Assembly: GCA_964371145.1 (NCBI GenBank)
Contig: CAYJKO010000001.1
Coordinates: forward strand, 74,567-138,133
DNA from: an uncultured Muribaculaceae bacterium
GTDB lineage: Bacteria; Pseudomonadota; Alphaproteobacteria; Rs-D84
Direction: 5' to 3'
DNA: 63,567 nucleotides
Below the pieces are notes generated by a model that saw only the letters and a program-made list of their open reading frames with translations, was not told where the DNA came from and did not search any database. Shown here piece after piece: positions 1-8,669 of the stretch (within the stretch, counting starts at the first letter, position 1; each line of letters opens with the position of its first letter). The translations under genes were made by a program, and so were the position numbers.

Positions 1-30
1 ATTGAATTATTTATTTTGTATAATCGTTTT

Positions 31-684
31 ATGAAATTGGAAACGGTCGGAATTTTAATAGATTTAAAGCCTTTTGGGGACAGGGGTGTTATAGCCAAAT
101 TTTTCACGCGGGATTATGGGTTGATGTCCGGATTGATAAAAGGTGGGTTGGCGTCAAAAAAAAATAAACCAATTATCGGGCAATATGGCGACGTTGTTTG
201 GGGAGCGCGTTTGGATTCTCAATTGGGGGTGTTTAATTTTGCGCCTGAAAAAAATATGTCTGTTAATTTAATGATGGATAAAAATTTATTAGCCGCGATG
301 AATTCTGTATTTTCTTTGATAAATTTATTATTGCCTGAACGTGAAAAATACGAAGAATTGTTTTTTAATACTTTGAATTTATTAATTGATTTGCCAATTG
401 TTCTGAATAAATTGGGCGCATATATGAATTGGGAAATCGGATTATTGTCCGAATTGGGTTATGCTTTGGATTTTTCCGCGTGTTCTGGATGTGGGGTGCG
501 GACAAATTTAACCCATCTGTCGCCAAAAACGGGGCGGGCGGTTTGCGAAAAATGCGCCGCGCCATATATCGACAGATTATACGAATTGCCCGTAAATCTG
601 GAAATTTTAAAGAAATTTTTAATGGCGGCCTGTGTGTCCCAAGGGGTAAATTTGCCGTTTTACAGAAACGCGGTTAAATTTTAG
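31..684 (+). CDS. recO: DNA repair protein RecO
   Basis: The length and layout are RecO-like, with a C-terminal zinc motif CSGCG...CEKC. The track start at 16 is TTG. The ATG at 31 lies 6 nt after a TATAAT (19-24), so I prefer 31. Confidence 0.8.
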   Translation: MKLETVGILIDLKPFGDRGVIAKFFTRDYGLMSGLIKGGLASKKNKPIIGQYGDVVWGARLDSQLGVFNFAPEKNMSVNLMMDKNLLAAMNSVFSLINLLLPEREKYEELFFNTLNLLIDLPIVLNKLGAYMNWEIGLLSELGYALDFSACSGCGVRTNLTHLSPKTGRAVCEKCAAPYIDRLYELPVNLEILKKFLMAACVSQGVNLPFYRNAVKF

Positions 685-768
685 ATTTAGATTTTTTGCG
701 TATTTTATCCTTGCTTTGGTTTGTATCTTTTACTATGATTAATTTGTTCAAAATAAAAGGAGAAAATT

Positions 769-1587
769 ATGGCTTGGACTATCTTAATATTGTTGGTTGC
801 TGTTGCTGTATTTTTATTTAGCGGTTTTATCGCGGATAAAATTATGGGGACAAAAACATCAAACAAAAAAAATATCGTAAAATCTGCATTCGCAGCTGTT
901 GCGGTAATCTTTATTGTGGGAACTGTTACGCCTTTGTACTTGGTAAAGGTTAATCCAGGAATCTTGCAACAAATGGTTACAGAAATGCAAAAACAAGAAC
1001 AAGAAAAAACATCTAAAAACATCAGAAAATATGTTCGCGACAATGGCGACAAAATGATGGCGGATGCACCTATTATGGGTAACAAAGACGCAAGCGCTGA
1101 AAAAACAATTTATTTGTTCTCTGCACACTCTTGTGGATATTGCCGCCGTGCACACGCAGAATTAGAAAGATTGGTTGCAGATCGTGATGACGTTCGCGTT
1201 GTTTTGAAAAACTTCTCTATCCATGGTCATTTGTCTGATGCACCGGCTCGCGCTGTTATCGCGGCTAAATTGCAAGACAATGCAAAAGCAATCGCTTTGG
1301 ATAAAGAATTGATGAAAGGTAAATATTATGATCAAGAAGATTTGAAAGATCAGAAAAAAGCACCAGAAATCGTAAAAAAGAACGTTTTAGAAATTGCTGA
1401 AAAAGCAGGATTGGACGTTGAAAAATTAGAAAAAGATATGACCGGTCCAGAAGTTGCTCGTGAAATGGGTCAAGTTCGTGAATTGGCACAACGTTTCGGT
1501 ATCCAAGGAACACCATTCTTGATTATCGGCGACCAAGCTTTCCCAGGGGCTATCTCTTATGGCCAAATGGTTGAAGCTTTGAAATAA
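769..1587 (+). CDS. DsbA-like thiol:disulfide oxidoreductase with N-terminal membrane anchor
   Basis: There is an N-terminal TM helix and a thioredoxin-fold CGYC active site. The C-terminal GTPFLIIGD motif is typical of the DsbA family. An AAGGAG RBS lies upstream. Confidence 0.8.
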   Translation: MAWTILILLVAVAVFLFSGFIADKIMGTKTSNKKNIVKSAFAAVAVIFIVGTVTPLYLVKVNPGILQQMVTEMQKQEQEKTSKNIRKYVRDNGDKMMADAPIMGNKDASAEKTIYLFSAHSCGYCRRAHAELERLVADRDDVRVVLKNFSIHGHLSDAPARAVIAAKLQDNAKAIALDKELMKGKYYDQEDLKDQKKAPEIVKKNVLEIAEKAGLDVEKLEKDMTGPEVAREMGQVRELAQRFGIQGTPFLIIGDQAFPGAISYGQMVEALK

Positions 1588-1603
1588 ATCTTATTCAAAG
1601 ATA

Positions 1604-1636
1604 AATAAAAACCGCCCCAATCGGGGCGTTTTTTTA
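1604..1636. terminator. Bidirectional rho-independent terminator between the dsbA-like gene and polA
   Basis: The stem cgcccc (1613-1618) pairs with ggggcg (1623-1628) around loop aatc. It is flanked by an A-run upstream and a T-run downstream. Confidence 0.75.
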
Positions 1637-1648
1637 TGAATTTTTTTG

Positions 1649-4396
1649 CTATTTATCCCATGACGATGATATGTTCCAATCGACCTGTAATGGGACGGAT
1701 AATTTGGCTATGTTTTCCATAATCGTTTTAATACGGTTCGCAGCATCCGTTGCATATTCTGTATCACATTCAAACACGATTTCATCGTGTACTTGCATTA
1801 TCATTTTGATATATGTGTCATTTGCAAATGTTTTATCAATTTCTATTAAAACCGCGCGCATTATGTCGGCCTCGAATCCTTGGATTGGGGCATTGACCGC
1901 GGCGCGCATTGCATATGCTCGCATACGGGGATTTTTTATGTCCGGCAATTCTATTTTACGACCCCACGGTGTTAATACATAACCGTTATCCATTGCAAAC
2001 GTTTTTGTCGCATCGATATATTCTTTTATTTCGGGCAAACCCGCCATATAAGAATTTATTATGTTTTGGGCATCCGTCCGTGTCATATTTAATTGATTTG
2101 CCAAACCAAATGATGATATCCCATATATAATCGAAAAATTCACAGTCTTTGCCGCACGACGCAGGTCTTTTGATACCGGTATGTCGGATGGAATATCAAA
2201 TATTTTGCGCGCGGTTTGTTCGTGAATGTCCAGATTTTGATTAAATGTTTCTTTAAACGTTTGAATGTCTGCAAAATCCGCCAGCAATCTTAATTGAATT
2301 TGAGAATAATCCAAAGTTATCAAAGTTTTACCAGGAGACGCCACAAAACATTTTCGAATATCGGCGCCCAATTCAGTTTTAATCGGAATATTTTGTAAAT
2401 TCGGATCGCGGCTGGACAGGCGGCCTGTGTTTGTGCTGGTTTGTAAATAGCTGGTGTGAATGCGTCCGTCACCGCCGATTTGCTTTGGCAATGCGTCCGC
2501 ATACGTTCCCGCCAATTTCGCAATAGATCGCCATTGTAATATATGCGCAACAACGGGATGTGAATCGGATAAATCATTCAGCGTATCTGCATCCGTTGAA
2601 CGTTTTTTATTTGCCGGCAATTGTAATTCATCAAACAAAATTGTCGCCAATTGTTTCGGGGACGCGATATTGAATTCATGACCCACAATTGCAAAAATAT
2701 CCGATTCCAATTCTTTTAATTTTTTATGAAAAGCGACCGATAAATTTTGTAATTTTTCTATGTCTACCGCAACGCCATTTCTTTCAATTTTTAATAATAC
2801 CGGCATTAACGGCATATCATAATTGTCATATAATTTTTTGATATCTGGCGCCGTCATCATTTTTTCGTTAAATATTTCATATAACGCCAAACATACAACC
2901 GCGTCTTCGGCCGCATATGGGGTTGCGTTTTTTATATCCAGATTTGCAAAATTTTTATCTTTTTCTTTTGGCGGAAATAGGGATACAAAAGATATGTTTT
3001 CGTGATGTAAATAAATTTGAGACAAATCGTCCAAATTATGTAAATGGTTTGAACCGAACAGAGCATATGACATTAACATAGTGTCTGCGATCGGGCGAAT
3101 TTTCGTCGTATCCCAATTTTCATTTTCCATAATATGAAAATCATATTTTAAATTGTGTCCGATTTTTATTATGTTTGGATTTGTAAATATGGGCATTAAT
3201 TTATCGTGAACAGTTTTCATATCCAATTGATTTGGGGCGGTGTCATCTGTCGCAAATAATTCGAACGTTGCGGATTTATGGCGAATCGGAATATATACGC
3301 CCACGCCTGTGTCGGACGCCATAGATATTCCGACGATTTTATCCGCCATTTGATTTAAACCAGTGGTTTCGGTGTCTATTGCGATAACATTTTTTATTGT
3401 GGATAAAAATTCGTCCAATTGTTTTTCTGTGTTTATCGTTTTGTATTCGGCATTAATTAAATCTTTTTTTTCTGTTATTTCCGTAATGTCGCACACAGAT
3501 AAATTTTGTGGAATTTCTGTGACGGTTGTGGCATTTGGTGTTATGTCACCGAATAATTTCTGGATTTTAGAAGTCAGAGAATTGCTTTCTATTTCATTTT
3601 TTACAAATGTAACGGCGGTATTCGTATTCATAACAAAAGGCGAAATATTTAAACCCGTTAAATCGACGTCTGTTTTCAATCGCACCAATTCTTTTGATAT
3701 GTACGCTTTATCGCGGTTGTCGATTAAAAGATTTTTAATGCGTTCGTTTTTTATTTTATCCAGATTTTCATATATCCCGTCCAACGTTCCAAATTCATTA
3801 ATTAATTCGGCCGCCTTTTTCGGACCAATCCCCGGAACACCCGGAACGTTATCGGTCGAATCGCCCATTAAACTTTGGGTGTCGACCACCTGGTCAGGGC
3901 GAACATTAAATTTTTCTAAAACTTCGGGATAATTAATAATTTTCTCTTTCATTCCGTCATATAAACAAACGGAATCTTCGACCAATTGCATTAAATCTTT
4001 ATCGCTGGTTACGATTTGAATAAATTCTGTTGATTTATATTGGGCCGCAAGCGTTGCGATAACGTCGTCGGCCTCTACATTCGGAACACACAAAACGGGG
4101 ATTCCCATTGCGCGAACAGAACCACGTACAATTTCAATTTGTTTAATCAATTCGTCCGGTGTTGCGGAACGGTTTGCTTTGTATTCTGGGTATATGTTAT
4201 TTCGAAAAGTATTACGGGATGCATCAAATACGCAAACGACTTTGTCGTCTGCTTTTAATTTTGCCAAAATTGACAACAACATATTTAAAAATCCATATGC
4301 TGCATTCGTAGGCGTCCCGTCTGAACGTGTCATCGTTGCACGAACACCATAAAAAGCACGAAATAGCAACGAATTGCCGTCTATTAACATCAACAT
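1649..4396 (-). CDS. polA: DNA polymerase I
   Basis: The product is 915 aa. It has a 5'-nuclease N-terminus (LIDGNSLLFRAFY), a 3'-5' exonuclease DTETT motif, and family-A polymerase motifs DYSQIQLRLLA and QVHDE. Confidence 0.95.
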   Translation of the reverse strand: MLMLIDGNSLLFRAFYGVRATMTRSDGTPTNAAYGFLNMLLSILAKLKADDKVVCVFDASRNTFRNNIYPEYKANRSATPDELIKQIEIVRGSVRAMGIPVLCVPNVEADDVIATLAAQYKSTEFIQIVTSDKDLMQLVEDSVCLYDGMKEKIINYPEVLEKFNVRPDQVVDTQSLMGDSTDNVPGVPGIGPKKAAELINEFGTLDGIYENLDKIKNERIKNLLIDNRDKAYISKELVRLKTDVDLTGLNISPFVMNTNTAVTFVKNEIESNSLTSKIQKLFGDITPNATTVTEIPQNLSVCDITEITEKKDLINAEYKTINTEKQLDEFLSTIKNVIAIDTETTGLNQMADKIVGISMASDTGVGVYIPIRHKSATFELFATDDTAPNQLDMKTVHDKLMPIFTNPNIIKIGHNLKYDFHIMENENWDTTKIRPIADTMLMSYALFGSNHLHNLDDLSQIYLHHENISFVSLFPPKEKDKNFANLDIKNATPYAAEDAVVCLALYEIFNEKMMTAPDIKKLYDNYDMPLMPVLLKIERNGVAVDIEKLQNLSVAFHKKLKELESDIFAIVGHEFNIASPKQLATILFDELQLPANKKRSTDADTLNDLSDSHPVVAHILQWRSIAKLAGTYADALPKQIGGDGRIHTSYLQTSTNTGRLSSRDPNLQNIPIKTELGADIRKCFVASPGKTLITLDYSQIQLRLLADFADIQTFKETFNQNLDIHEQTARKIFDIPSDIPVSKDLRRAAKTVNFSIIYGISSFGLANQLNMTRTDAQNIINSYMAGLPEIKEYIDATKTFAMDNGYVLTPWGRKIELPDIKNPRMRAYAMRAAVNAPIQGFEADIMRAVLIEIDKTFANDTYIKMIMQVHDEIVFECDTEYATDAANRIKTIMENIAKLSVPLQVDWNISSSWDK

Positions 4397-4427
4397 ATGG
4401 ATAAACCTTTTGTTTATAAATTATACA

Positions 4428-4979
4428 TTAAAATATATATCTGATTTTTGCGCGTAAATCCATTTGAAGCAAATCCGCACCGTCATTTGTAATCGGATCT
4501 ATATAAATGTTCGCAGCGTTTCTGATGCGTCCTTCTACGTCAACGTCAAATGGAATTACCGCAACGTCAACTGTTATACCCGCCATTGCTTGGTATATAA
4601 ATTTTTCAGATTCAAATTTTTGAATTCCGTAAAATGTATCGCCTTCTATAATCAATCCTGCACCTGCGCCAATATATGGTTTAATAACAGGTGTTGGGAT
4701 TTTAAAATATCCGTTAACCATAGCCGTTTGATATTTCATCGAATCGCCATCTGTATATTCATATTCTGCGTCCGCACGGAACAGGGGAATGTCTATACCA
4801 ATTAAACCAGAATAAGACGTGGTGCTTTGAGTTTGTGGAATAATTGTGTCAGAAAAAGTTGCACGGCCAATGCCATATCCCGCGCCTGCATACATATCGA
4901 TTAAAATCGCATTTGCATTTGTTGCAACGCCCATAAATCCGGCAATAAAGCAGGTGGTTAAAATTTTATTTTTTATCAT
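4428..4979 (-). CDS. Small outer-membrane beta-barrel protein (OmpA/OmpW-like 8-strand type)
   Basis: I start it at the internal Met (MIKNKILTT...ANA signal peptide). The sequence has an alternating beta-strand pattern and a terminal aromatic (IRYIF). The longer track ORF (to 5117) would overlap pth. Confidence 0.7.
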   Translation of the reverse strand: MIKNKILTTCFIAGFMGVATNANAILIDMYAGAGYGIGRATFSDTIIPQTQSTTSYSGLIGIDIPLFRADAEYEYTDGDSMKYQTAMVNGYFKIPTPVIKPYIGAGAGLIIEGDTFYGIQKFESEKFIYQAMAGITVDVAVIPFDVDVEGRIRNAANIYIDPITNDGADLLQMDLRAKIRYIF

Positions 4980-5034
4980 TTGTGGTTTGCCTTTTGTTTT
5001 TTTGTGGTTTATATAGTATAATATATAAAAAAGT

Positions 5035-5601
5035 ATGGATACTATGCAAGAAAATAAACCTATTTTAATTGTTGGATTGGGTAATCCCGGATCCAAATAT
5101 GAACAAACCAGACACAATATCGGATTTATGGTGTTGGATTATTTCGCGAATGAAAATAATGCCGATAAATGGAAATCTGCATTCAATGCGCAAATTACCA
5201 GTTTTGTGTCGCAAAACGGTCGCCGAGTTATTTTGGCAAAGCCTCAAACGTTTATGAACAACAGCGGTCAATCTGTTTTGGCGATTGCTAAATTTTATAA
5301 ATTGGATTTAACCGATATTCTTGTCGTGCATGATGAATTAGATATAAATTTCGGATGCGTTAAAACCAAAATCGGTGGTGGCAGCGCGGGGCACAATGGT
5401 ATAAAATCAATCGATAAATTGGTCGGTCGTGATTTTATTCGTGTTCGTGTCGGTGTGTCACACCCAAGAAATTTAGGATATGACATAGATGCCGCCGATT
5501 GGGTGTTGTCACGTTTTTCAACCAAAGACATGGGTGATATGAAATCTGTAATTTCGCACGCATGCGACAGCATTGATAATTTTATAAATAATAAAAATTA
5601 A
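5035..5601 (+). CDS. pth: Peptidyl-tRNA hydrolase
   Basis: It carries the GLGNPG..Y..TRHNIGF signature. An alternative start is at 5044. Confidence 0.93.
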   Translation: MDTMQENKPILIVGLGNPGSKYEQTRHNIGFMVLDYFANENNADKWKSAFNAQITSFVSQNGRRVILAKPQTFMNNSGQSVLAIAKFYKLDLTDILVVHDELDINFGCVKTKIGGGSAGHNGIKSIDKLVGRDFIRVRVGVSHPRNLGYDIDAADWVLSRFSTKDMGDMKSVISHACDSIDNFINNKN

Positions 5602-8351
5602 TCACCAGAATATTTAATCAAAGAATTAGTAATAGATGATTGGCATCCGACACCGGATTTGCTTGTTGGGTCGTTTGCTGTGTGTGTATAGCCGCATTCG
5701 CCGCTTGGACCTTCGTAATAATGAATAGCATCTTTTTTCGGTGATATTCCGTTCGTCGATATTTTGTTATATTCCGCATTAGTATATATGCCGTCATTGC
5801 TGATTAATACATATTTCCCATTGCATGTTGCATGTCCATTGGAAATATTGTCAACCGGTATAGCCGTTGTTATTCCGTCTTGGGGTATGCAATATAATTG
5901 ATATGTTGTGTATCCGTCGATAACGGTTTGTGACGGTGTTTCTGCGGTTGTTGGTATACAGATGTCTCCGCCTGGACGTGTGCAACAATTTCCAAATTTA
6001 TCTTTTGCAAGACAACAGTTAGTCCAATATCCATCTGGTTCGTTTGAGTCCGGGTATATGTTTATTAACATACCACAAAGTTCTTCTGTACTGGATAATG
6101 CGCTGTTTGGTATACATCTGTCGGTATCTTCGTCATAAGAAAATCCAGGTGGACATGGGATAACAACGCAGCTGTCCGTTGCGCCGGCAGTATTTGTATT
6201 TGTTGCAAACCAAGACATCAATGTTTCTGTATCGTCTTTCGGTGTTAAGATTTTATTTTCTGTTAATGTTGTTTCTGTTGGGTCGTCGTCACAATTTCCC
6301 CAAATTTTTTCTGCAATGCGGCACAATGCCATTGCGGATTCATCTGTTGGGTCGACTTCTGCTACTTCACATGCAGAATATGGGGTCGCGCCCGCGTCAT
6401 ATAATTCATTATAAAAAGTTTGGTTTACAGAATATGTATTGTAAATTTCTGTGATTTTATCAATGCCGGCGGTTTCTATACATTCGTTGACCTCGGCCCA
6501 ACACAAATCTTGTTGTAAGATGTCGTGGCGATTTTCAGAAGATACGGATTCGCAAAGACCAAAATTACCAGATATTGATTCGCACGCCTGGGTCATGCAA
6601 GATTTGCCAACTTGGGTACATGTTTGCAAAACAGCCAGATATGTTTGTTCCAATGAAATCCCATCTATTCCATCAACCCAAGTATCGTTTCCGCCACCGG
6701 TATTATTTAACAACGCAGTACAAGAGGTGCGGATTTCGGAACACATTTCGTTCGCCGTTTTGTCCGACCATACGCCAAATATGGACAATGCGCGCGCATC
6801 AAAATCTGCGATGTCTTCGTTGCTGTCGATTAAACATTGGCTGGTTAATTTTGTGCAGCTTTGGCGCATTTCTTCGATTTTTGCATCTTGCGCTAATTTA
6901 ATTTGCCCCAATGCATCTTCTATGAAATCTTCCCAAACCAAACTGGATACATCTTGGCAATTTTCCATCGCAGGTTCTAAATATTTTTTCTTTGATTCTA
7001 AATGCGTCACAAAAGATAAATTACCCGGCACGTCAGACCAGTCTAAATCGCCCGCCGGTCTGGTTATCAAATTTGCCAAATTGGATAAATTGCTGGACAA
7101 GAATGCGCCGCCGGTTGTCGGATCTATGTATTGTCCTGTTATATCCAAACATTTTGATAAATCGTCCCCGCATACGGATGTAGAATACATCATTTCCAAC
7201 ATTTTCTTTTTACATGTTAAAATGTCATCAGAATTTTTGGTTTGGTATGTGTTTAATCTGGACATATCTAATAATGCGCTGCCTTCGTGGATTTGTGCTG
7301 CGGCTTGGGTTTGCATATTATCAAAAGCTTTTGCCACGGTGTTGCAGTCTTGTTCAATAGACATTTGGTATCCGCTTTGGATTAATTCAATAGATTCTGC
7401 ATCACAAATCTCATTTGCAATATCCAAACATACGGGCAGGGCGGCGTTATATAAATCAACACCTTCTTTTAATACGGTGTCCGAACCCATCATAAAATCA
7501 ATGCTGTCAAATGCAGAATCTACGTTCAAAGACAAAGATATCGCAGCCAAGCTGTTTTCGGTTTGCGTCTGGGATGTTTCTTTGTTTAATTTATCGGCGA
7601 TTTCAGCCAATATGCCTTTGGATTCGGAATCGTCTTCCGTTGCGAATGCTAATTCGCCTTCGGTTGCTTGTGATATGGCCAGCGCATCTTCTTTATCCAT
7701 GTTGACCGTTAACAATCTTTCATTAAATTCCAACATTTCTTTTTCAATTAAATTCATTCTTTCTTGAATTTGGTCGAATTCATTATGACGAGCAGAGCAA
7801 GCACAACGTTTTAATTGTGCGTCTTTGTTGGCACAAAATTCATCCATACAATCGTAAAAAGTGTCACGGCATTTAGAGTAGCTGCCTTGTTTATTAATAA
7901 TTTCGTCAGCCGTTAATGTTGCGCTGCGTGAAATGTTTGCGGTCGGTACAGCGGAACGGACGGCGGTCGAAGTTGTCGCACTGCGAGATATGGTCGCAGC
8001 GGGTGTTCTGGTGTTTATTTTATTTGCAGTTGCCGTTCTGGCAGATATAGTGGATTTCGTAACCGCAGATCTTGATGTGGTGGTTGGGTTTGTCGTAGTG
8101 TCACGATTGACAACCGCCGGTTGCAATCTGTTTGATACGGCCGAAGTTGTTGCGCTGCGAGATACGATATTGTTATTTGTTTGGGCGCTGCGTCCGGTAG
8201 ATGTTGTTCGGGTTGTTGAATTGTTCGCGGAAACATTGGTTGTGTTTCTTTTGGATACGCGTGAATTTTCGTCTGATGCAGGTGCATCAAAAGAAGCGTT
8301 AATCCCAATTAACGCAAGGCACACAGTTAAAATAGTAAGTCTTTTCTTCAT
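5598..8351 (-). CDS. Large secreted cysteine-rich protein with Ser/Thr/Arg-rich N-terminal region
   Basis: The signal peptide is MKKRLTILTVCLALIGINA. About 125 aa of low complexity follow, with repeated (I/V)SRSATT units. Next comes the motif C-x4-Y-x-DCM-x2-FC-x8-RC-x-CS and many further Cys residues. It is a paralogue of 45840..46841. Confidence 0.75.
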   Translation of the reverse strand: MKKRLTILTVCLALIGINASFDAPASDENSRVSKRNTTNVSANNSTTRTTSTGRSAQTNNNIVSRSATTSAVSNRLQPAVVNRDTTTNPTTTSRSAVTKSTISARTATANKINTRTPAATISRSATTSTAVRSAVPTANISRSATLTADEIINKQGSYSKCRDTFYDCMDEFCANKDAQLKRCACSARHNEFDQIQERMNLIEKEMLEFNERLLTVNMDKEDALAISQATEGELAFATEDDSESKGILAEIADKLNKETSQTQTENSLAAISLSLNVDSAFDSIDFMMGSDTVLKEGVDLYNAALPVCLDIANEICDAESIELIQSGYQMSIEQDCNTVAKAFDNMQTQAAAQIHEGSALLDMSRLNTYQTKNSDDILTCKKKMLEMMYSTSVCGDDLSKCLDITGQYIDPTTGGAFLSSNLSNLANLITRPAGDLDWSDVPGNLSFVTHLESKKKYLEPAMENCQDVSSLVWEDFIEDALGQIKLAQDAKIEEMRQSCTKLTSQCLIDSNEDIADFDARALSIFGVWSDKTANEMCSEIRTSCTALLNNTGGGNDTWVDGIDGISLEQTYLAVLQTCTQVGKSCMTQACESISGNFGLCESVSSENRHDILQQDLCWAEVNECIETAGIDKITEIYNTYSVNQTFYNELYDAGATPYSACEVAEVDPTDESAMALCRIAEKIWGNCDDDPTETTLTENKILTPKDDTETLMSWFATNTNTAGATDSCVVIPCPPGFSYDEDTDRCIPNSALSSTEELCGMLINIYPDSNEPDGYWTNCCLAKDKFGNCCTRPGGDICIPTTAETPSQTVIDGYTTYQLYCIPQDGITTAIPVDNISNGHATCNGKYVLISNDGIYTNAEYNKISTNGISPKKDAIHYYEGPSGECGYTHTANDPTSKSGVGCQSSITNSLIKYSGD

Positions 8352-8407
8352 TTCTTTATTTGTATCATAGCAAATTTAAAGATTTTACCGCAAGCGCAAA
8401 ATTTAAG

Positions 8408-8428
8408 TGGCGCGGACAGGGGGATTTG
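8408..8428 (-). repeat. Degenerate copy of the tRNA-Leu 3' end (T-loop to CCA)
   Basis: The minus-strand sequence caaatccccctgtccgcgcca compares with tRNA-Leu caaatccccctatccgcacca, giving 2 mismatches in 21 nt. It lies 59 nt downstream of the tRNA. Confidence 0.6.
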
Positions 8429-8487
8429 GGCGTATGTTCGCCTGTGCTGGCGCACCCATATTATAATTAATTGTTTTTTATTTTAAC

Positions 8488-8571
8488 TGGTGCGGATAGG
8501 GGGATTTGAACCCCCATGGGTTGCCCCACAACGACCTCAACGTTGCGCGTCTACCGTTCCGCCATATCCGC
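8488..8571 (-). tRNA. tRNA-Leu (anticodon GAG), CCA encoded
   Basis: I folded the cloverleaf by hand. The acceptor is GCGGATA/TATCCGC, the anticodon loop is TTGAGGT, there is a 13-nt variable arm, and the T-arm is GGGGG-TTCAAAT-CCCCC. Total length is 84 nt. Confidence 0.9.
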
Positions 8572-8669
8572 TTTGGTTTTTATGCTATCATAATAAATGT
8601 TTTTTTTTCAAGGATTTTATGATATAATGCGGATATCTTAATTTAAATTAATCAAAAAAAGAGAATGTT

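Noticed and set aside
6451-7767. A 438-aa ORF on the + strand.
   Set aside because: It is entirely antisense to the 917-aa secreted-protein gene. It has no RBS and its composition is unprotein-like (Ser/Cys/Phe-rich mirror of the sense frame). The sense gene has a signal peptide and a paralogue.
7933-8370. A 145-aa Val/Ala-rich ORF, and likewise the ORF at 46336..46851.
   Set aside because: These are mirror-frame artefacts of the Ser/Thr/Arg-rich low-complexity regions of the two Cys-rich genes on the opposite strand.
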